Positions 55,748 to 64,000 of a stretch of DNA of 64,000 bases are shown in pieces (position 1 is the stretch's first letter; each line of letters opens with the position of its first letter). The DNA lies in NCBI GenBank assembly GCA_950097015.1, contig CATNEN010000010.1, forward strand, positions 2,666,001-2,730,000. The letters are read 5' to 3'. The notes under the pieces are model-generated. The model was not told the DNA's origin. It searched no databases and was given only the letters and a program-made list of their open reading frames with translations. Both the position numbers and the translations under genes were made by a program. Origin of the DNA: Macrostomum hystrix. Taxonomy: Eukaryota > Animalia > Platyhelminthes.

Positions 55748-56821
55748 TCAGCTCTGGGAGTGAGGACCGGAATGTTTTGGGAGCCGTCGTGCGGCTTGGC
55801 TTAATAAAGGCGTTCTCTTACCCCTCAGATTGTTTTAGCTTCACTGGAGTGAAGGCCCACAAGCTTTAGGCGCAGGAGTTTTAGCTTCAACTCGGCGCTT
55901 ATTGGCTGACGGGCATAGATAAGCGTCGAAGTTTAGCTTCAACATGCGCATAGTAGGGGGTTGGGGTAAGAGAAATTAATATGGGGTGGGGTGGGTTGGC
56001 AAAGGGCTTCTCTCATTCCAACTATAGGGCCGGCATGGATCAGTGAGTGTCGCTCAGACCACAGCTTAAAAAATAGCAAGCCTAGCGCAATCGAATTTCC
56101 CGGCGTCAACTGACTGCGCAATAAGTCTGCATTGCACAGCATTAATAAAAAAAGTTCGAACTTAAAACCGACTAAACGACTAAAAGGCATTGCGGTGATG
56201 GGATACGCAAATTCATTTCCCTTCCTTTTCCTTTCTTCGCCATCGTTAACTGGTGTCTTAATAAAACGGCCCCTTTTAGGATCTCCAGTTAAAAGGGATG
56301 TGAACAAAACGATAAGAATGCAGTAAAATTATGCGAAATTATGCGACTTGTCAATTATCCTTCAACGAGAGTTATTTTGTTATACACAATTTTGTGTACT
56401 CATACATTTTATTACATTTTAAGCGCAAGAATATGCGGAAAACAGTTATTTTTTTAAATTGCATTAAAATTTTGTTCTTAAGCTATAGTTACTGGTTAGT
56501 GATGTCACACTCATATCCTACATCAAATAATATTTGCTTTGCTGAATCAACAAGAAAAATAAGTAAATACTGAAAGAAAATTTGAGAAATCTTAACAGGT
56601 TACAACAGTAAGCTCCTATCCACTGCTGCAACAGGAAACTTCCAGAAGAAACCACATCACTGGTTTGTAGAGAATGCGGGCGCGTAATAATAATTAATAA
56701 TTGATTACACATGCCCCAATTAGGTAGCTATTGCTGTACGGCTGTTAAGTCCATGGACAGGGGGAACGCCACAGCCCACAACCACAACCACCCCAATGAA
56801 CCAATAGGTAAATAAAAACAA

Positions 56822-56903
56822 TGCAATAGAAACTTGCTAATGGACACAATTTGTTCCAGTGGAGTCAGGAATCGAACCCACGACCTTAAAGGCCAACAAC
56901 AAA
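56822..56903 (-). mobile_element. Partial copy of SINE family B
   Basis: Reverse complement aaggtcgtgggttcgattcctgactccactggaacaaattgtgtccattagcaag matches 30683-30735. Confidence 0.75.
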
Positions 56904-57454
56904 CTCTCAATTGTACGGACGCGTACTTGTTCTGACAGTGCGAACCCGCAAATAATAAATAGTATTACTAACTCATGTAATAAAATGTCATAATTTCAGC
57001 AATGTAATTTCAACAAAGAGAGGAAAAAATATAACATTGCAATCAGATAGGAAATAGTCATAATTTATTGGGATTTAAATTGTCACGATGAACGAAATTA
57101 TACACAGGCAACACAATCAGCGGGAGCAGATGTATGTGCACTAGCACACAGGCGAAAACAACACTGAGTAAGATTGAAATCCGCAATGAATCAAAGAAAA
57201 ATCGCTTTAATAAAAGCAAAACATTTCTCGCAAGTACATCTGCTAGTACTACTGAGATAGCAGTATAGCTAGAGCATATCAGTGTGCGGCATTCTTTGAT
57301 TTTAGCTAGTAGCAAACCTAGATTAAAAGACCACAGAGCTCAACAATTAAACTTTTAAAGTGACGAAAATCCCAGTTCCAAACAGAACCACAGAGAAGAA
57401 AAACAACAAAAGTACCCATGCCACAGGCATCAGCAGCTTCAGCCACCTCCTCAG

Positions 57455-60400
57455 TCAGATGAACAGCTGCTGGGCGGTCAGGGCGTCGACAAAGGGCGAC
57501 ACGATGCGGCTAGTGAGGAAGTAGAAGATCACGCCGAAGGTGATGCTGATTGGCAGCGCGGGCAGGGCCCGCCGGCCGATGGCCAGCAGCAGCAGCGTCA
57601 GTGACAGGCCGATGAGGATGGCAAAGTAGCAGGACAGGGTGGTGTTCCAGTCACCGGCGCTGCTGGCCCTGCCTACCAGGATGGAGTAGAACACAAAGTC
57701 ACCGAGGCCGAGCTTGACACCGTGGCTCTCGTCCTGGAAGGCTTTGTTGCGCACGCGGAGGCCGCTGCCGTTGGCGTCGCCGGCGGAGTCGTCACCGTGA
57801 GCTGGAGAGCGAAGGAGAGCGCGTGAACTGGCGCCGAGAAGGAGGGGAGTTACAGCCTAGGGACTTGGGATATTATCCTTTATCTATAACAGGAGTCGGC
57901 AAACTTATAACTAGCGGGCCAAAGAGAGAACCTAAAAAATGACTGCGAGCCGCACTAACTGTAGAAATATGAGACAGGGGAGAGACGGGAGAGATGAGAC
58001 ACGGGAGAGATGAGACACGGGAGAGATAAGACAGGGGAGAGATGAGACGAGAAAATGAAACAAATTACTTTGGGTGTCGTAAGGGGCAACAAGCCGGATT
58101 TGGGAGCTTCGAGGGCTGCATCTGGCCCGCGGGCCGGAGTTTGTCGACCCCTGATCTACTAGCTTCGGGGTGACAGGCAGAGCAGAAATGCACCAATGTC
58201 CATCAGCTAATTTATTTGGGGTGCGTAGCCACGGAATTAACCGATTCACGCCGGATAGGAGGCCCACGAAGGCCAAACCTCAAGGCTCGAGGACACGAGG
58301 GCTCGCTGCAAATATTCTTACCATTATAATGTCATTACTGCCCCTATACTGAGGTTTACCGAGCTGTTAATATGGGTGAATAAAAACGAATATTATTGCA
58401 GGAGGGCTGCGGGCAATGGGGGGTTCATCGGAAGTGAGAGTTTAAGGCAATGGCCTTTGACACGAGCGGCGGTAGCCGAAGTTCCAATGTCATATCATTC
58501 AGTGACAGTAGACCCACAACCAGCGAGGAGGCACATCTGCCTACTTCGCTGACTCCTGAGCGCACACGCACACAGATACTGTACGCAGGGCATACGCCCA
58601 CAAAGGTGTGTACATCTGCCCTGACTTTCTCAACGTCAGGCAGTGTACACTTTAACTGTGCCTTGGAGGTTGGCCCTCAATGGCGCAAATTGTACGACAA
58701 GCACCCAAGCCTTCTCTCCGCTGCAACTGCTCTGCCACTAAGCCCATATGCATACAATGTTATTTATGTATACCCTATTCTACTAGCGCAGGGGAGTTTT
58801 AACAATAAGTACAAATGCACTCTAAACAACATAACAGAAAATGCACCTCCGTCCTGATTACCGGAGCGGCCGGATTCTCCGCCATCGCCGGTGCCACCGT
58901 TAAGAATCTGTGCAGCTGCCTGATGCTGCTGCTGCTGCTGCTGGTGACTGCCCGACTCGTCAAGGTCAGACGAAACGTTGCCGTCTTGCTGAGGCTGCTG
59001 ATTTTGTTGTTGCTGCTGCTGTTCAGCCGTACCAACGGCCACGTAGACAGCGGTGGTGGAGTAGATCAGGCTGGGGAACAGGGATTCATTTCGTTCCTGT
59101 GCAGTTTCAACCAGCATGCGCAGCGGCCCCTTGGGACAGAGCACGGCCACCAGGTCCCAGATGCTGATTAGCACCAACAGAACCCAGGTAGTCCATTCGG
59201 GCAGAAACTTGATGAACACCAGGGCCATCAGGGCGCTGATGAATATAAGGTACATCTGCTGCAGCAGCAGGGGACCCTTCCAGTGAACTACCACCTGTGG
59301 GAGAGTATGGTTGAGAATAGCAGCAGAAAATTTGCAGCAGAATAAACAGAGAGTGAGATGAGCATGGGATAATCAGGGAGTACAATGAGCATGGGATAAT
59401 CAGGGAGTACAATGAGCATGGGATAATCAGGGAGTACAATGAGCATGGGATAATCAGGGAGTACAATGAGCATGGGATAATCAGGGAGTACAATGAGCAT
59501 GGGATAATCAGGGAGTACCATGAGCATAGGATAATCTGGGAGTACAATGAGCATGGGATAATCAGGGAGTACAATGAGCATGGGATAATCAGGGAGTACA
59601 ATGAGCATGGGATAATCTGGGAGTACAATGAGCATGGGATAATCAGGGAGTACAATGAGCATGGGATAATCAGGGAGTACAATGAGCATGGGATAATCAG
59701 GGAGTACAATGAGCATGGGATAATCAGGGAGTACAATGAGCATGGGATAATCAGGGAGTACCATGAGCATGGGATAATCTGGGAGTACAATGAGCATGGG
59801 ATAATCAGGGAGTACAATGAGCATGGGATAATCAGGGAGTACAATGAGCATGGGATAATCAGGGAGTACCATGAGCATGGGATAATCTGGGAGTACAATG
59901 AGCATGGGATAATCAGGGAGTACAATGAGCATGGGATAATCAGGGAGTACAATGAGCATGGGATAATCAGGGAGTACAATGAGCATGGGATAATCAGGGA
60001 GTACAATGAGCATGGGATAATCAGGGAGTACAATGAGCATGGGATAATCAGGGAGTACAATGAGCATGGGATAATCAGGGAGTACAATGAGCATGGGATA
60101 ATCAGGGAGTACCATGAGCATGGGATAATCTGGGAGTACAATGAGCATGGGATAATCAGGGAGTACAATGAGCATGGGATAATCAGGGAGTACAATGAGC
60201 ATGGGATAATCAGGGAGTACAATGAGCATGGGATAATCAGGGAGTACAATGAGCATGGGATAATCAGGGAGTACAATGAGCATGGGATAATCAGGGAGTA
60301 CAATGAGAATGGGATCGCCAGCGAGTACAATAAGAATAATAAATTTAGGGAGCACACTTGGAATGTAGGTTGAAATTGAGACAAACTAGTGACAATGAGA

Positions 60401-60949
60401 AGAGATGAGGCCTAGCTAAGGATCTTGCCTTACCTGACCGACCAGGCCGAAGTTCCAGACGCAGACAGCCATGGTGAGGTAGTCGAAGGCCAGGTTAAAT
60501 GTGCTCAGCAGCACGCCGAAGAAGATCAGGCTGAAGAAGAACAGTATAAGTACGCTGGTGACATACAGCCAGCCCTGGATGACTTTGTAGCAGCGCAGCT
60601 TGTAGAGCACAATCAGCACAATGGTCATAACGATCACCAGGCTGAGTATGATAAGGGCATTTAGAATTGACTGCCAGGCAATCTTGCCTGGATCGTCTGT
60701 CTGGTCATGGAAAGGTGTGTAGGGCAGGTACTGCTGGGTGGAGGAGTAGTAGCTCACAGTGGAGATGATGGACACCACGAACAGCATGCAGATGGACACT
60801 GGCACAAACAGGCGAATGATCTGCTTGGAGCCATACAGCAGCAACTTGTCGGCGTCCTCTTCTTCATCCTCTGCATCCACCAAGTGCGGCTCCTGGGCTG
60901 ACTGCTGCTGAGTGCCAGACTGCACATTTTCTCTGACTGAGTCTGACAT
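57455..60949 (-). CDS. PSEN: Presenilin; exons 60949-60434, 59294-58847, 57801-57455 (436 aa)
   Basis: [57 protein letters not shown] (Asp1), [11 protein letters not shown] (Asp2), LPALPISI. Phases are consistent (1311 nt). Confidence 0.97.
57890..58153. mobile_element. hAT (Charlie-like) MITE in presenilin intron 2
   Basis: TIR CAGGAGTCGGCAAACT / AGTTTGTCGACCCCTG; subterminal GGCCCGCGGGCC; flanks ATCTATAA / ATCTACTA (NTCTA-type target, 6/8). Confidence 0.75.
58505..58705 (-). mobile_element. SINE family A, copy 3 (body only)
   Basis: Reverse complement matches ~1010-1190. Confidence 0.75.
59360..60312. repeat. 27-bp minisatellite (~35 copies) filling presenilin intron 1
   Basis: Unit gagcatgggataatcagggagtacaat. 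Confidence 0.97.
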
Positions 60950-62123
60950 GCTGATTGAACTTTAAGTATATGTGCTGTAGTTTAAGAAAAGAAATATGAA
61001 TATTTTAACAGTTCATAATTTTAATCATCTCAGAGTCAGGGTCCTTTCTCTGAACTTTCCCCTAGTGGTTAGAGATTTTGACTTTAGACAGAAAGTTTAC
61101 TATGGCTGGCACTAATTATAATCTTAGCCCAGAGGTGAAACTTTGCTTAGAAAGACTGTATTTCTTATAGCCCCAGTGTTTGCGCCGGAACATTTTTTTA
61201 TTAATCTAATTTATTGATAATCCTCCATGTCAATTACTTGGCACATTTGCATGAAAAGATAATAGTAGCAAAAAGCAAAGAGAAATATTTGTTTATATTT
61301 ATCAAAGATCAATAAATATACTAAGATACAAATTTTGGTCTAATAATAATTACCAAAAAACAAAACAAAAAGTAATTTATAAAAAAATAAAGTTATATTG
61401 TCACAGACTTGAAAGATTGTTAAAATAATAAGTCAAAATGTAAGATTTGAAATGAAGATTGGAATTAGTTATTAGATATACTAATATTTATGTTGAAAAT
61501 ATTTAGGATAAGTTTGAACTTCTAAAAATGTTGCACTGCACACTGCACCATGATTGTGTAACCTCAGGGTGCTCCATAATTGTACACTGTGACCTGTATG
61601 CCAGGTGTGCCATGGCACACACTAACAACATTAGTGTGTGCCATGATTCTGCGCGAAACACATTATGGACCCTTTATATGCCAGAATTTTCCATGACAAA
61701 GGCCCACATCCTGATGATATTTACAGGATCACTTTACCTAGCTATAAAATGTGTTCTAGCAAGATCTAGAATAAGAATTATATGATTTTCAAGGGATGTA
61801 CTAGCTATAGAAACACTACAAAATATAAGTAATTATGCCACTGCCACAAGTCAAACTGGGTTATCTAGAAACACATTAAAAGCCATTAGAACAGTCTTAA
61901 AATTGACATTACAAAATCACTTACTTTAAAGTAAGTCTGTTATATTAAAAAATGCTAAATTGCTTAGCCATTTAAAAAAACTAATTTATTTTCAGAAAAC
62001 ATAAACAAATTTGAAAAATTACATTTGTATCCTTACATTGTATTTTACCAAACACTTATAATCTAGGTTAGAATGACTATTAGCAATATAAAGCAAAATG
62101 ACTTAGGGCTTAAATTTTAAAGA

Positions 62124-62770
62124 TAGGGTAATGTATCATCAACCGAACAGTGTATCTTCAAAACCGAACAAAAATTTTGACTTCTTCCTTGGTCTTATGC
62201 AAGACAAAAACAAGCTATTGTGTTTCACAGAACAACTAATTTGAAAGTTGAAGAAATTATCTACAAGCTGAGGCATGATGTGCAATGAAGCATTAAGAGG
62301 AAAGAAAGATATTGATGTTTCAGTAGAATTTTTTATTGCAAAAGCATACTTTTTAACAACATTTTTTCAGTATGTACTTTAGACTAAGATTGTATGTGGT
62401 TGCTTGCCAATTAAATGACCATAAATGTAGTTATTTATAGAGCATGAAAAATGCCTTCAAATGACATAATTCATGATAGTTAACTCCTTAAAATAAGATT
62501 AAACCACTCACTCAAATTTTAAAACCAAACATCAAATTCTCTGTTTGGTTTGAAGATATATGAAAATCATTGTTCGGTTTTAGAAAAAAAGCAGGAATAA
62601 CTTTTTTTCTATTTGATAAAATAGCAAAAGCAGATACTTTTTAGAAAGATGTAACTGTTTTCTATAACTTGGCTTTTGATTTATCATCATATCTTAAATA
62701 GAAAATCTGTAGCTTAGGTTTGAAGTTAAAAAAATACACATTCTTGTTTGGTTGATGATACATTACCCTA
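62124..62770. mobile_element. MITE-like element with ~25-bp TIRs
   Basis: TAGGGTAATGTATCATCAACCGAAC / GTTTGGTTGATGATACATTACCCTA; no 8-bp TSD (TA flanking GGG..CCC is possible). Confidence 0.6.
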
Positions 62771-63052
62771 ATGTTGACTAAAATACTTGAGATTAGCAGT
62801 AACAGTAAGGAACAATGTTATTGTTAATGACAATGACTTTAACAATAACATGATCATCTTTAGTTTAGCTATAGCCATTGCCTGTATGCCTTAGGAATAA
62901 AATGAAGATAAATTAAAGCTAAAAAAGAAATATAAGTACATATTAGAAATTAATAATTAAGTTGATAAAACAGTTTTACCTATTTTTAAATAATATGAGC
63001 ACTGGCTACAGCATTAATTTGTTACAGCAAAATTATAAGGAAGTGCTTATTC

Positions 63053-63699
63053 CCACGGTCCCGTGCTGATAATTTCAATTTTATCTACATGGATCCGTGC
63101 CAATAATTTTCTGCTTATCCACATGGCAGCTTGTATGAATAGGTCTACTTTTAAGTCCCTACCTATTCTTCTCTGAGCATAAGGCTTTTGCTTCAGAGTA
63201 TAGTGTATAGTGTACACTATCAATGCATAGTGTAAAATAATAACAATGATGTATAATATGTGTGACGAGTTTGGTGCTGACTAGAATTCTGCTGGTTGAC
63301 TTGTATGATTTTCTTTGATTGACTTCTTAATTTTTAAGTAAATACAATTCGAATGAAAACACGTAACGATGAAAAAAGATTTAGTAAGTTGTTATTACAA
63401 AAACTAAAAAGGATGACATTAATGTTGGTTAATGAATGTGTAGGTCAAAATGTAGAACACTGTCGTAACACACTGGCAACTTTGTCGATCTATTGGCTCG
63501 AGGGTTCAGCAAAACGTTCAAACCCGAAAGGGCTTCGTTTCAAAGAACAGAACCGCGTGGATAATATTGAAATTAACGGCACGGCATATTTATATAAAGA
63601 GTTTTAGACCTTTTCATACAAGCTGCCGTGTGGATAAGCTGAAAATTATCGGCACGGATCCGTGTGGATAAAATTGAAATTATCGGCACGGGACCGTGG
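63053..63699. mobile_element. Non-autonomous element with ~95-bp TIRs made of ~34-bp subterminal units
   Basis: ccacggtcccgtgc...catggcagcttgtatgaataggtcta versus tagaccttttcatacaagctgccgtg...gcacgggaccgtgg; CAC..GTG ends resemble the CMC superfamily; no TSD found. Confidence 0.6.
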
Positions 63700-64000
63700 T
63701 GAAAAAGCTCTGCTAAATTATAAAGCATTGCTTTACTTTACAATATACAATAATTAATACAATACTTGTATATCAATTGCATAATAGTCTGCCAATTGCA
63801 AAATTTTATGACATGTGTGATTATTTCTTTGTCCTAATGGACACAATAACGATGACAATCGCGCGTGCTAGTGTAGAGCTCACCGAACAAACTACCTACT
63901 AACAAACTCAGCAAATTAACGTTTCTAGAAAATTAACGTTAAAGCTTTCGAAAATTTGGAACAGCTTTCAATATAATTACGTTCATTCTTTTTTGTAATT

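Noticed and set aside
59107-60384. 425-aa and 355-aa ORFs (SLIIPCSLY / LIVLPDYPM repeats)
   Set aside because: Translations of the 27-bp intronic minisatellite. The presenilin exons splice cleanly around it (GQ|VVVHW matches the family length).

Overview
Eukaryotic (animal) genomic DNA. GC-rich, poly-Gln/Ala exons and minisatellite-filled introns suggest a free-living flatworm such as Macrostomum, but that is inference only. Five host genes were assembled by hand from splice sites and frame continuity: a fatty acyl-CoA reductase (7 exons, minus), an intronless PIAS-type SUMO E3 ligase, a 6-exon Shroom-like PDZ/ASD2 gene, dynein light chain LC8, and a 3-exon presenilin. Positions ~8.1-27.7 kb form a nest of transposons. 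It holds (1) a young full-length Ty3/Gypsy element with 456-bp LTRs that look identical, a CCCA TSD and one 2019-aa ORF, (2) a 7.1-kb foldback-type MULE/NOF-like DNA transposon encoding transposase + Ulp1 protease + PHD finger, and (3) MITEs. All appear to sit inside a decayed P-superfamily element. The most unusual signals are in the Gypsy polyprotein: a cold-shock (UNR-like) RNA-binding domain between the zinc knuckle and the protease, and a cluster of TQT-like LC8-binding motifs in an expanded RNase H-integrase linker. Two SINE families, several MITEs and at least nine tandem-repeat arrays fill the rest. No database searches were run; all family assignments rest on motif recognition.
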